Source: Dehalococcoidia bacterium
GTDB taxonomy: Bacteria; Chloroflexota; Dehalococcoidia; Bin125
Reading direction: 5' to 3'
Length of the DNA stretch: 64,000 bases
NCBI GenBank assembly: GCA_963555985.3
Contig: OY820591.1
Coordinates: 2,400,001 to 2,464,000, forward strand
The position numbers and the translations under genes were made by a program. Shown one piece after another: positions 53,408 to 62,861 of this stretch. Position 1 is the stretch's first letter; every line of letters begins with the position of its first letter. The notes beneath the pieces are model-generated. The model searched no databases. It was not told the origin of the DNA and saw only the letters and a list, made by a program, of their open reading frames with translations.

Positions 53408-54456
53408 ACCTCTAGCGGGATTCCCATCTCCTCTGACAGCTCGCGCAGATCCTGCAGCGTCGAAGCCGGATAGATCACGTGTCCCGCCTCCATCCGCTCG
53501 TCGTAGGCGCGCTGCTCGATCTCGCCGGGGGCGAAGACTTCTTCGGTGTCGGGGAGTGGGTCGGCGGCCTTGATCTGTTCGACCATGTCGTCGACTTTGG
53601 CGGTGAAGTCGTCGGGGTCTCCGAAGATGGCGGGGTCGATCACGAGGAGGAATTGGCCGCGTTTGCCGATGTTGACGTCCTGGCTGTGGTAGCCGCCCGG
53701 GAGGGCTCCGGCGAGCAGGTTCATGAAGAGGCTGAGGCCGCTGCCTTTGTAGGCGGAGACGGCGCCTAAGGCGGGGATGACGCCTCCCATTGCGGTTTCG
53801 GGATCGGTGGTGGGCAGTCCTTCGAGGTCGAGGAAGCCCCATTCTTCGGGGATGGGGCGGCCTTCGGCGCGGGCGCGCATGACTTTGCCGAGGGCGACCG
53901 GGGTGAGGGCCATGTCGAGCACGACGGGCGGGCCGGAGGCTCTGGGTGCGGCGAAGGCCATCGGGTTGTTGCCGGTCATGCGCGTGCGGGAGCCGAAGGG
54001 CGCGAGGGTGGGCACACTGGTGGTGGTGCAGAAGGAGACGAAGCCCTCGGCGGCGGCCATCATCGGGTAGTAGGCGCCCATGCCCCAGTCGTTGGAGTTG
54101 CGGAGGGCGCCCAGGGCAAGGCCGGTTTCTTTGGCCTTGGCGATCGTGCGCTGCATGGTGCGGGCGACGATGAGTTGGCCGATGCCGCCGTCGCCGTCGA
54201 CGACGTGCGAGACCGGGGTTTCGGCGAGCGTGGCGAGGCTGGGGGTGGGGTTGTAGCGACCGTTTTGGAGGTGTCCGGCGTACCAGCCGAGGCGTTGGAA
54301 GCCGTGGGTGTCGACTCCGCGCAGGTCGGCGGTGAGTTGGATTTCGACGGTGAACTCGGCGTCGTCAGGGGGGACGCCGCAGGCTTCGTAGACGGCTTTG
54401 CCGAAAGGTCGGAGGGCGTCGAGGGAGACGATCTCGGTTGCGTCTTGGTCGGCCAT
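53404..54456 (-). CDS. Ldh_2 family (malate/L-lactate/ureidoglycolate-type) oxidoreductase
   Basis: ADLRGVDTHG, DGDGGIGQ, GNNPMAFAAP, LDMA, PTTDP, YKGSGL, PGE. Confidence 0.9.
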   Translation of the reverse strand: MADQDATEIVSLDALRPFGKAVYEACGVPPDDAEFTVEIQLTADLRGVDTHGFQRLGWYAGHLQNGRYNPTPSLATLAETPVSHVVDGDGGIGQLIVARTMQRTIAKAKETGLALGALRNSNDWGMGAYYPMMAAAEGFVSFCTTTSVPTLAPFGSRTRMTGNNPMAFAAPRASGPPVVLDMALTPVALGKVMRARAEGRPIPEEWGFLDLEGLPTTDPETAMGGVIPALGAVSAYKGSGLSLFMNLLAGALPGGYHSQDVNIGKRGQFLLVIDPAIFGDPDDFTAKVDDMVEQIKAADPLPDTEEVFAPGEIEQRAYDERMEAGHVIYPASTLQDLRELSEEMGIPLEV

Positions 54457-54929
54457 TAGTCGCCGCCTTCGATCAGGCCGCCGTCGTCCATGCCGCGCGC
54501 TTGGGAGACGGTCTGGGCGGCGCAGACGATGAATTCGAGGTCGTCGGGGCCCTGGCTGTAGATCTGGTGGGCGATGTTGGCTGGGAAGAAGAGGAAATCG
54601 CCGGCCGTCGCCGTCGTGCGCCAGGGGCCGCAGTCGATCTCGGCGTTGCCCTTGAGGAAGTAGTAGACCTTCTCGATGTCCTCGTGGATGTGGCGCACGT
54701 TGGTCTCGCCGACGGGCAGGACGTTGTAGAGGACGAACTGAAAGGAGCTCTCGAAGCGGTCCTCGGCGGTGGTGAACATGCGCCGCGAGTGGATGTTGCG
54801 GCCGACGCTGACGGGATGGTCGGCGATGGGCTTGATGATGAAGCGGGCGTTGTCTGGGGGCGGGACCGGGTCGCCTTCGAGCGGGGGTGCGACGGGGGGC
54901 ATGGTGCGTTCGGGTCGTTGTTGGCTCAT
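54456..54929 (-). CDS. Cupin-domain protein
   Basis: HIHEDIEKVYYFLKG and GDFLFFPANIAH. Confidence 0.85.
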   Translation of the reverse strand: MSQQRPERTMPPVAPPLEGDPVPPPDNARFIIKPIADHPVSVGRNIHSRRMFTTAEDRFESSFQFVLYNVLPVGETNVRHIHEDIEKVYYFLKGNAEIDCGPWRTTATAGDFLFFPANIAHQIYSQGPDDLEFIVCAAQTVSQARGMDDGGLIEGGD

Positions 54930-54994
54930 CGCGTCCTCCTGATCGATACGTACGAGAGGCAGGATAGTGGGGGCTTCCCGTGCTCCGAGACCTC

Positions 54995-55021
54995 CGTCAT
55001 TCCGGCGCAGGCGGGAATCTC
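54995..55021. repeat. CGTC-tagged palindrome (family B)
   Basis: CGTCATTCCGGCGCAGGCGGGAATCTC. Confidence 0.75.
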
Positions 55022-55097
55022 GGCGTCAGGTGTTCAGATTCTGCTAGATTTGTCCAGATTTCGGAGGCGTTGTTCGGTGCGAGGGCGCCCCCATAAT

Positions 55098-55131
55098 CCC
55101 CTCTCCCTCCGGGAGAGGGCTAGGGCGAAGG
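55098..55131 (-). repeat. BoxC-like repeat (family E), uninterrupted
   Basis: Reverse complement reads CCTTCGCCCTAGCCCTCTCCCGGAGGGAGAGGGG. Confidence 0.75.
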
Positions 55132-55197
55132 TCCCCATCTCCACTCCCCGACGCCCTCAGTGCCGTCCTCCCTGACGTCGTTTCAGACAGTTTATTG

Positions 55198-55219
55198 CAT
55201 ATTTCACAAAATATGTGAA
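55198..55219. promoter_or_regulatory. AT-rich palindromic operator candidate
   Basis: TTCACA-N5-TGTGAA overlapping CATATTT-N4-AAATATG. Confidence 0.4.
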
Positions 55220-55321
55220 CTGCTGCTTGTGGCAGCACTAGATGATGAACCAGGCATGAGTCCACGAACGGCGGGCCCGAAGCGGCGCGGCGCGGTTTCC
55301 ACACTGATCTGTGAAGGGGTA

Positions 55322-57544
55322 GTGAGGCGGGGGGCGGCAACGCTGATCCTGCCGGCGCTGATCCTGATCGGCCTGTTGGCGGTCTACGGACAGGCGTCGG
55401 CGCAGGATCCGGGCGATCGCAAACCCGACCAGGATTTCGACACCTTGATCGCCCGGGACAACGATTACGGCCGAGGCATCTGGTCGGACGGGACGACGAT
55501 CTGGGTCACGGACCATCACTACGACAGGCTGTACGCGTACGACTTGGCCACAGGAACGCTCGCGGACGCGTCAAAGGACTTCAATACGCTGGGCGCCGCA
55601 GGCAACGATTCCCCGATCGGCATCTGGTCGGACGACACCACGATGTGGGTCGCAGACATCATAGACGACAAGCTCTACGCGTACAACTTGTCGACGAAGG
55701 CCAGGGACTCGGGCAAGGACTTCGACACCCTGAAGGCGGCGGGCAACCATTCCCCCAACGGCATCTGGTCGAACGGCATCACGATGTGGGTCGCAGACAA
55801 CGCCCTTGAGAAGCTCTATGCATATAACTTGTCAACGAAGGCCAGAGACTCGTCCAAGGACTTCGACACCCTGAAGGCGGCGGGCAACAACGACCCCACC
55901 GGCATCTGGTCGGACGGCACCACGATGTGGGTCGCGGACAACAGAGACGACAAGCTTTACGCTTACAACTTGTCAACGAAGGCCAGGGACTCGACGAAGG
56001 ACTTCGACACGTACTCGGCGGGCAGCGACCCATGGCCCACCGCCATCTGGTCGAACGGTACCACGATGTGGGTCATAGACTACGAAGACGACAAGCTGTA
56101 CGCGTACAAGATGTCCGACAATCTCGGAGACAGACACTCGGGCGAGGACATCTCCTTCCACAAGAGCCAGTCCACCCACAACGACTTCCCCAATGCCCTC
56201 GGGTCGGACGGCACCACGATGTGGGTCGCGAACCAACAAGGCCCCAACAACATTAAACTCTACGCGTACAAAATGTCCGACAAGTCCAGGGACTCGCTCA
56301 AAGATATCGACATAGCGTCGTTGAACCAATTTAACAATAATCCCCAAGGCATCTGGGCAGACAATACGACGATCTGGGTCTCAAACCGCAACCTCGCGTG
56401 GATCTTCGCGTACAAGATATCTGACAAGTCCAAGGATTCACCCAAGAATTTCTCATACTGGAAGCTAAACGGCGCGGGCAACAGCGAACCCAGAGGCATC
56501 TGGTCGGACGGCGAGACGATGTGGGTCGCGGACAACGAGGACGACAAGATTTACGCGTACAAGATGTCCAACAATCTCGGAGACAGAGACTCGGACAAGG
56601 ACTTCGACACCCTGAGCGCGGCGGGCAACAACGACCCCAGAGGCATCTGGTCGGACGGCGCCACGATGTGGGTCGTGGACCATGACGATCGCAAGCTTTA
56701 CGCGTACAAGATGTCCGACAAGTCCAGGGACTCGTCCAAGGACTTCCACACCCTGAGCGCGGCGGGCAATAATCACCCGACCGGCATCTGGTCGATTGGC
56801 ACGACTATGTGGGTCGCAAACAACGACGGCGAGGCCCCCTTCGACGGCAACCACAAGATCTACGCCTACCGCGCGTTCGACCCGCCGACTCAGAATCTCC
56901 GTACGGAGGATGAGCAGACGGAGTATGTCGGTCCGAGGGTCGACTACGGCAACCCGACCGCCTGGCCGCAGCTGTCGAAGCAGGACGACGCGCCGGGCCG
57001 TGCCCCGCCCGAGCGCGCCAACATCTGGTTCCCGGCCAGGGGTTCGAGCTGCGAGAAGGACGATCCACGCGCTTGGCCGCAGCCCGCGCTGGCGGTCGCG
57101 CCGGATCCGGCCCGGTGCGGGCTGATCGAGTTGCCCGCCGCGCTCCGCGAGCAGCTCGACAAGCCGCTGGTCGGCCGGACGGCGCTCGCCGTCTACGCCT
57201 CCGTCCGGCGCGAGAGCTCCAATCAGAGCGTGCGCGAGGCGAAGATCGAGGAGGGCTTCAGCGCCGCCGGAGCGATGTTGCAGGTCAAGCTCTGGCTGAT
57301 CTATCCACATCCTGAGCGGGGCTTCAACTCGATCTGGTGGCTGGGCCACTCGGGCGAGCTCGACCCGCCGCTCACGGTCTGCCTGCCGCGAGGTTCGGTC
57401 GCCGCGTCAGACGCGGCCATCGGCCATTACGACCGCGAGACGCGGACTTGGAAGGCGCTGCCCGGCCTGGCGACCGAGCGAGACGATCACGTCTGCGCTG
57501 CCGCGCCGCGACTCGGCTATCTCCGCCTCCTGCACAAGCGGTAG
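55322..57544 (+). CDS. Secreted protein with ten beta-propeller-like repeats and an unrelated C-terminal domain
   Basis: Signal peptide ending ASA; ten repeats of about 47-51 aa, P.GIWSDGTTMWVAD..DDKLYAY..KDFDTL..AGN; GTG 55322 with GAAGGGG upstream. Confidence 0.85.
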   Translation: MRRGAATLILPALILIGLLAVYGQASAQDPGDRKPDQDFDTLIARDNDYGRGIWSDGTTIWVTDHHYDRLYAYDLATGTLADASKDFNTLGAAGNDSPIGIWSDDTTMWVADIIDDKLYAYNLSTKARDSGKDFDTLKAAGNHSPNGIWSNGITMWVADNALEKLYAYNLSTKARDSSKDFDTLKAAGNNDPTGIWSDGTTMWVADNRDDKLYAYNLSTKARDSTKDFDTYSAGSDPWPTAIWSNGTTMWVIDYEDDKLYAYKMSDNLGDRHSGEDISFHKSQSTHNDFPNALGSDGTTMWVANQQGPNNIKLYAYKMSDKSRDSLKDIDIASLNQFNNNPQGIWADNTTIWVSNRNLAWIFAYKISDKSKDSPKNFSYWKLNGAGNSEPRGIWSDGETMWVADNEDDKIYAYKMSNNLGDRDSDKDFDTLSAAGNNDPRGIWSDGATMWVVDHDDRKLYAYKMSDKSRDSSKDFHTLSAAGNNHPTGIWSIGTTMWVANNDGEAPFDGNHKIYAYRAFDPPTQNLRTEDEQTEYVGPRVDYGNPTAWPQLSKQDDAPGRAPPERANIWFPARGSSCEKDDPRAWPQPALAVAPDPARCGLIELPAALREQLDKPLVGRTALAVYASVRRESSNQSVREAKIEEGFSAAGAMLQVKLWLIYPHPERGFNSIWWLGHSGELDPPLTVCLPRGSVAASDAAIGHYDRETRTWKALPGLATERDDHVCAAAPRLGYLRLLHKR

Positions 57545-57564
57545 GCCAACCCCCTCTTCCTCCG

Positions 57565-57686
57565 GAGACCTGCGCGTAGATCATTGATCGTCGGGATTCG
57601 ATCAGTTTTCGTACTTGCTGAGCAGATAGCCGGATGGATTCCCGCCTGCGCGGGAATGACGGAAATGGGGATTACGCGCAGGTCTC
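57565..57686. mobile_element. MITE family 2 copy (122 bp) carrying a family B palindrome
   Basis: TIRs GAGACCTGCGCGTA / TACGCGCAGGTCTC; TCC on both flanks if TIRs are extended by one base. Confidence 0.75.
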
Positions 57687-57716
57687 CTCCAGGAGGGGCG
57701 TCTCCCGCACTCGGCG

Positions 57717-58397
57717 CTAGAACGGCAAGCCGATCGCCTTCGTCAGGAACGCCATCCACTCCCTCGACTCGCGGAAGCGCTCGATTGAGTAGTCGACGAA
57801 GTTCGGCGCGGTCACGTCCTCGATGTCGAGGTAGTGGGTGATGATGAAGTGCTTGCGCTTGATGTCTTCGATTAGGGGGTGGTCGGCCTTGTAGCCGCGC
57901 GGGGGGCGCTTGAGGCTGTCGCCGTGACCGCCCAGCATCCAGTCGTCGGATTCGGTCAGCTGCTTGATTTCGAGCCAGTCGCGCGGGTGCTCGTCGATGG
58001 CGCGGCGGTAGGCGGCGAGCGCGTCTCGGTCGGGCATGTAGCTGCCCACCCCGATGAAGCAGTCGTCGACGGCGATGTGGATGTAATAGCCGGGCGCGTG
58101 GACGTCCTTGCCCGATTCATGCCGGAACTGGATGCCGACGTTGGTCTTGTAGGGCGACTTGTCGCGCGAGAAGCGGACGTCGCGGTAGATGCGCATCAGC
58201 GAGCCGCCCTGCTTGCGGTCGGAGGCGGTCATGTGCGGCGAGATCTCCGCGAGCGGGCCCGAAATCCGGCGGATGTAGTCCAAGGCCGGCTCGCGCAGGA
58301 CGGATTCGTAGTCGTCCTTATGGGCGTTGAACCACTCGCGGTCGTTGTGGCTCGCCAGCTCGACCAGAAAGTCGATCAGTTCTTCGCTGAAGGTCAT
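57717..58397 (-). CDS. DUF2461 (TIGR02453-like) protein
   Basis: FLVELASHNDREWF, RIYRDVRFSRDKSPYK, LKRPPRGY..DHP. Confidence 0.9.
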   Translation of the reverse strand: MTFSEELIDFLVELASHNDREWFNAHKDDYESVLREPALDYIRRISGPLAEISPHMTASDRKQGGSLMRIYRDVRFSRDKSPYKTNVGIQFRHESGKDVHAPGYYIHIAVDDCFIGVGSYMPDRDALAAYRRAIDEHPRDWLEIKQLTESDDWMLGGHGDSLKRPPRGYKADHPLIEDIKRKHFIITHYLDIEDVTAPNFVDYSIERFRESREWMAFLTKAIGLPF

Positions 58398-58427
58398 GCG
58401 ACGCTTCCATTCTCTGCTTCCTGCTGG

Positions 58428-58485
58428 CCCTCACCCTAACCCCCGCATCAAGTGCGGGGCAGGCTCTCTCCCAGGGGGAGAGGGG
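58428..58485 (+). repeat. BoxC-like repeat with 24-nt hairpin insert (58442-58465)
   Basis: CCCTCACCCTAACC|CCCGCATCAAGTGCGGGGCAGGCT|CTCTCCCAGGGGGAGAGGGG. Confidence 0.8.
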
Positions 58486-58495
58486 ACCACAGGGC

Positions 58496-59764
58496 TCAAC
58501 CGACGAGGGTATCGGGCGCATGATCGGGCGCGCGGTAGCGGCTGATCGAGCGCCACAGAATCCCAATCAGCAGCGTTGCGCCGAGTCCGATCGCGCCGCC
58601 CATGAAGTAGGTGTTGTCGACGCCGATCTCGTCGCCCCAGAAGCCGACCCAGATAATGCCGAGGTTGTTGGCGGTCTGGGCCATCAGGACCATCACGGAG
58701 AAGGCGCGCCCGCGCATCTCGTCGGGAGTGGTGAGGTGGACGGTGACCTGGCGGACAGCGACGGTGACGGCGTCGGCGGCGCCGAGCATGGCGATCACGA
58801 TCATGCCGGCCCAGAGCCAAGGGGCTGCGCCCAGAGCGAAGAGGAGAACGGCGTAGACGGCGGAGGCGGCCAGGACCATGATTCCCTTGGCGCGGTAGTT
58901 GACGAGGAAGAGCGCCAGCAACATGCCGCAGGCGGAACCGACGGCGTTGACGGTGCCCAACGCGCCGGCTGCGCCGACGCCGGCCATGAACAGTCCGGTC
59001 GCGATCAGGGGCAGAATCTCGCGGTAGTAGGAGATGATCGTGATGCCCCAGTCGAGGATGAAGAGTCCGGGCAGGATCGGGTGGCGAACGACGTAGCGCG
59101 CGCCCTCGATCACCATGCGGACGGTGGATTGGCGTGCGGAGACGGCGCGCGCGGACGTCTTGATCAGCATCGGCATGACGGCGGAGACGGCGGCGAACCC
59201 GGCCGCAACCCAGAGCATCCCAACGGCGTCGAGCGCCAGGGCGAGCACGGTCACGATGACGCCGCCCATGATCCAGCCGACCATCTGGGTGCTGGTGTCG
59301 AGGGTGACGGCGGCGCTGAGGTAGCGCCGGGGGACAACGCGGGGCGTGATCGTGGCGCGGGCGGGCGCGACGAAGGTTGCGAGGCCTCCGAGCGCGCCCA
59401 GGGCGACCCAGGCTTGCCAGAATTCGAGCATGTCGGCGGTGGCGGCGGCGGCGACCAGGATGAGGATGGTGAGGACGGCAACGTTCGCCGCCGCCATTAG
59501 CCAGCGGCGGTCGAAGCGGTCGGCCAATGCGCCTCCGTAGAGCACGGCAAAAGCCTGGATCGGGAGCTGGACGGCGCCGATGATGGCGACTTCAGTGAAG
59601 GAGTCTGCGCCGGTTTGGTCGAGGAACCACTGGGGGATGGCGATGAAGCGGATCTGCTGGGCGATGATCATGCAGAGCGCAGCGGCCCAGAGGATGCGGT
59701 AATCGCGGATCGCGAAGAGGCGGCGCAGGGGCGGCCGTTCGAGGCGCGGACCGTCGAGGCTCAC
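58496..59764 (-). CDS. MFS transporter
   Basis: Motif A GALADRFDRR, about 12 hydrophobic segments, PDEMRGR. Confidence 0.9.
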   Translation of the reverse strand: MSLDGPRLERPPLRRLFAIRDYRILWAAALCMIIAQQIRFIAIPQWFLDQTGADSFTEVAIIGAVQLPIQAFAVLYGGALADRFDRRWLMAAANVAVLTILILVAAAATADMLEFWQAWVALGALGGLATFVAPARATITPRVVPRRYLSAAVTLDTSTQMVGWIMGGVIVTVLALALDAVGMLWVAAGFAAVSAVMPMLIKTSARAVSARQSTVRMVIEGARYVVRHPILPGLFILDWGITIISYYREILPLIATGLFMAGVGAAGALGTVNAVGSACGMLLALFLVNYRAKGIMVLAASAVYAVLLFALGAAPWLWAGMIVIAMLGAADAVTVAVRQVTVHLTTPDEMRGRAFSVMVLMAQTANNLGIIWVGFWGDEIGVDNTYFMGGAIGLGATLLIGILWRSISRYRAPDHAPDTLVG

Positions 59765-59865
59765 AGCGCGATCCGCCGCGTTTGGCGCTGGTAGGGCATA
59801 CTGATCGGCGTGTTTGGCATATCTGCCGAGGGTATCGCCCCTCGGAGCAGTGAAACGAGCGGATC

Positions 59866-60750
59866 ATGAAGGTCGGCGTCTACATTCCTCAGGTCGGCGG
59901 GGCGGCTAGTCCCGAGCAGATCAGCCTGGTTGCGCGGGCAGTGGAAGCGAACGGCTACGACTCGCTCTGGACGTTTGATCACGTGGTGCTGCGGCCCGAT
60001 CAAGGCTCGGACTACCCGTACTCGGAGGACGGGCGCTTCCTGATTCCGGCGGAGACGGCGTTTCTGGAGCCGCTGACGCTGCTGACGTATGCGGCTGCGG
60101 TGACGGAGCGGGTGGAGTTGGGTACGGCGGTGCTGGTCGCGCCGATGCGCGCGCCGGTGCTGCACGCGAAGATCATGGCGACGCTGGATCATCTCGCAGG
60201 CGGGCGGCTGTTGCTGGGCGCGGGCGTGGGTTGGTGGAAAGAGGAGTTCGAGGCGCTCTCGATGCCGTACGACCGGCGCGGGGCGCGGATGGACGAGTAT
60301 CTGCAAGTGCTGCGCGATCTGTGGGAGAACGAAATCGGGAGCTTCGCGGGCGAGTTCTACAACACCGAGGGCTGGTACTGCCGTCCGCAGCCGCCGCGCC
60401 GGGTGCCGATCTTGCTGGGGGGCAACAATCCGCGCCAGTTGCGGCGGGCGGGGCGGTTTGCGGACGGGTATCTGGCCAATCCGGCGATGCTGGACACGCT
60501 GGAGGAGGACTGGGCGCTGGTGAAGTCGGAGGCGGAGGCGAACGGGCGGGATGCGTCGGCGTTGCAGTTGGCGATCAACCGGATCACGGTGTTGTCGGAA
60601 TCGACGCTGGAGGAGGCTGCGGAGACGCTGGGAGAGATGAAGGGGCGCGGCTTCGATCATGCGATTGCGAATCTGCATCCGGCGTCGGATGCGGAGGCGG
60701 TGCTGTCGGAGTTTGCGGGGCGGTATCTGGGCGATCTGCAGAGTGGGTGA
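59866..60750 (+). CDS. LLM-class (probably F420-dependent) oxidoreductase
   Basis: GYDSLWTFDH, LGTAVL, ATLDHLAGGRLLLGAGVGW..EE, RGARMDE. Confidence 0.9.
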   Translation: MKVGVYIPQVGGAASPEQISLVARAVEANGYDSLWTFDHVVLRPDQGSDYPYSEDGRFLIPAETAFLEPLTLLTYAAAVTERVELGTAVLVAPMRAPVLHAKIMATLDHLAGGRLLLGAGVGWWKEEFEALSMPYDRRGARMDEYLQVLRDLWENEIGSFAGEFYNTEGWYCRPQPPRRVPILLGGNNPRQLRRAGRFADGYLANPAMLDTLEEDWALVKSEAEANGRDASALQLAINRITVLSESTLEEAAETLGEMKGRGFDHAIANLHPASDAEAVLSEFAGRYLGDLQSG

Positions 60751-60885
60751 GGAGACTTCCGATTCCAAAAACAGCGGCGGAACTTTGAAAGGCGCGGACA
60801 GCAATTCAATATTCAGGCACTAGATTTGCATTGCTGCTACGCTCATTCAAAGGCGATGGGCGAGCCTTGAAATCGAGGTGTCGGC

Positions 60886-62046
60886 ATGGAGCGCGAAAAC
60901 AACGGGCGTTTCGACGTCACAACAGTCGGAGATGAGCAGATCCGAGCATTCGTGCCGAGGCGTCTGCCGCCTGAACCGCCTCTTGACCTCAGCCACATGC
61001 AAAGAAAACTGGAACGAGCGAGCATCGCACTTGGTCGATTGGACTCGGAGTCGCGCTTGCTGCCCGACCCAGATTTGTTCGTTTATGCATATGTCCGTCG
61101 AGAAGCGCAGCTCTCTTCGCAAATTGAAGGCACTCAGTCCTCTCTGTCGGATCTGTTCGAGCTTGAGCTCAAGGGGGCAGCAAGCGTCTGGGGCGATGAC
61201 GAAACCGAAGTGTCCAACTACGTCGCCGCGCTCGAACATGGGCTCGACAGAGTTCGCGGTGGATTCCCACTGAGTAATCGTCTGATTCGCGAAATGCACC
61301 GTCTTCTACTGCGCAGTGGTCGCGGGAGCGGGATGCTGCCTGGCGAATTCCGCCGTTCTCAAAACTGGATCGGGGGCACGCGACCTGGCACAGCTCTCTA
61401 TGTTCCGCCTCCCCACACAGAGGTAGAGGACTGCATGGCCGAGCTTGAACAGTTCATTCACGTAGAAGAAGACGGCATCTCCGCCTTGGTTCGAGCGGGA
61501 TTAGCGCACGCCCAGTTTGAGTCCATTCACCCATTTCTGGATGGAAATGGGCGCGTTGGGCGTCTATTGATCGCGTTCGTTCTGCACAATGAAGGAGTGT
61601 TGCGGCAACCACTGCTCTATCTCAGCCTCTATCTGAAGCGACACCGCACCCGCTACTACGACCTGTTGTCGCAATTGCGAGAGAAGGGGAACTGGGAAGA
61701 ATGGCTGGAATTCTTCGTCGTCGGAGTTCGAGAAACTGCTGACGACGGCGTGCGGACTGCCCGGCGGTTGTCCGATCTGTTCGATACCGACCGGAAACGC
61801 ATCGAGCTGGGTGGACGGCGTGCCAGTTCAGCGCTGCGAGCGCACGATGTCCTCAAACGCAACCCTGTCATCTCGATTCAATACGTTCATGAGCGGACAG
61901 GCTTGTCTTGGCCAACGGCAGCCTCTGCGATTGAGCACCTGGCGGAATTGGGCATAGCTCGGGAAATCACAGGGAGAAGCTACGCTCGCCTCTTCGCCTA
62001 CGGCGCTTACATCGACATACTCAGCGAAGGCGCGGAGCCACTGTAG
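60886..62046 (+). CDS. Fic-family protein (Fic_N + Fic + wHTH)
   Basis: EAQLSSQIEGT, PGEFRRSQNWIGG, HPFLDGNGRVGR. Confidence 0.93.
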   Translation: MERENNGRFDVTTVGDEQIRAFVPRRLPPEPPLDLSHMQRKLERASIALGRLDSESRLLPDPDLFVYAYVRREAQLSSQIEGTQSSLSDLFELELKGAASVWGDDETEVSNYVAALEHGLDRVRGGFPLSNRLIREMHRLLLRSGRGSGMLPGEFRRSQNWIGGTRPGTALYVPPPHTEVEDCMAELEQFIHVEEDGISALVRAGLAHAQFESIHPFLDGNGRVGRLLIAFVLHNEGVLRQPLLYLSLYLKRHRTRYYDLLSQLREKGNWEEWLEFFVVGVRETADDGVRTARRLSDLFDTDRKRIELGGRRASSALRAHDVLKRNPVISIQYVHERTGLSWPTAASAIEHLAELGIAREITGRSYARLFAYGAYIDILSEGAEPL

Positions 62047-62093
62047 CGAGACCGGAAGTACCCTCACACCCGTGCACCAGAACAGGAGGCCAC

Positions 62094-62861
62094 ATGGGCG
62101 AGACCGTGACCTATGAGCGCAGCGGGCGGATTGGGACGATCACGTATAACCGGCCGGAGGCGCTGAACGCGATCAATCACGAGCTTCGCGGCGATCTCAA
62201 CGCGGCCTGGGAGCAGTTCCGTGAGGATGACGAGGCTTGGGTCGGGATTGTGACGGGGGCCGGGCGCGCATTTTCGGCGGGGGCTGACCTGCGGTCTCCG
62301 GCTCCGCCGGAAGAGCACTCGTTCTGGGAGGTACCGTCGCTAACGTCGCTGGAGTCGGGGATGGAGATCTGGAAGCCCACGATTGCGGCGGTGAACGGGT
62401 ATGCGCTGGGCTTTGGACTGACGATGGTGGCGGCCTGCGACTTCGTGATCGCATCGGAGCGGGCGCAGTTCGGCTTCCCTGAAGTGCAGATCGGAGTGCC
62501 CACGATTCAGGGCGCGATCCGGATGCCGAAACGGATCGGCTGGCACTATGCGATGGAGTTGCTGTTGATTGGGGATCGGGTGGACGCCTGGCGAGCGAAG
62601 GAGATGGGGTTGGTCTGGGAGATCGTGCCGCATGACGACCTGATGCCGGCGGCGCGGGCGTTGGCGGAGCGCTTGTGCAAGGGCGCTCCGCTCGCAGTTC
62701 GGGCGACCAAGGAGGTGGCGCACCGAGGACAGGAGTTGCCGTTCGTGCAGGCGATTCGGTTTGGCGAGACGATGCGCCGAGTGGCGCGTGGCACGGCCGA
62801 TGCGCAAGAGGGCCCGTCCGCGTTTCGAGAGAAGCGTCGTCCGAGCTGGGAAGCACGCTGA
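62094..62861 (+). CDS. Enoyl-CoA hydratase/isomerase family protein
   Basis: NRPEALNAI, TGAGRAFSAGADL, KPTIAAVNG, FGFPEV. Confidence 0.92.
   Translation: MGETVTYERSGRIGTITYNRPEALNAINHELRGDLNAAWEQFREDDEAWVGIVTGAGRAFSAGADLRSPAPPEEHSFWEVPSLTSLESGMEIWKPTIAAVNGYALGFGLTMVAACDFVIASERAQFGFPEVQIGVPTIQGAIRMPKRIGWHYAMELLLIGDRVDAWRAKEMGLVWEIVPHDDLMPAARALAERLCKGAPLAVRATKEVAHRGQELPFVQAIRFGETMRRVARGTADAQEGPSAFREKRRPSWEAR

Noticed and set aside
55430-56880. Diversity-generating retroelement template/variable repeats
   Set aside because: No reverse transcriptase; repeats are in-frame protein repeats and differences are not confined to adenines
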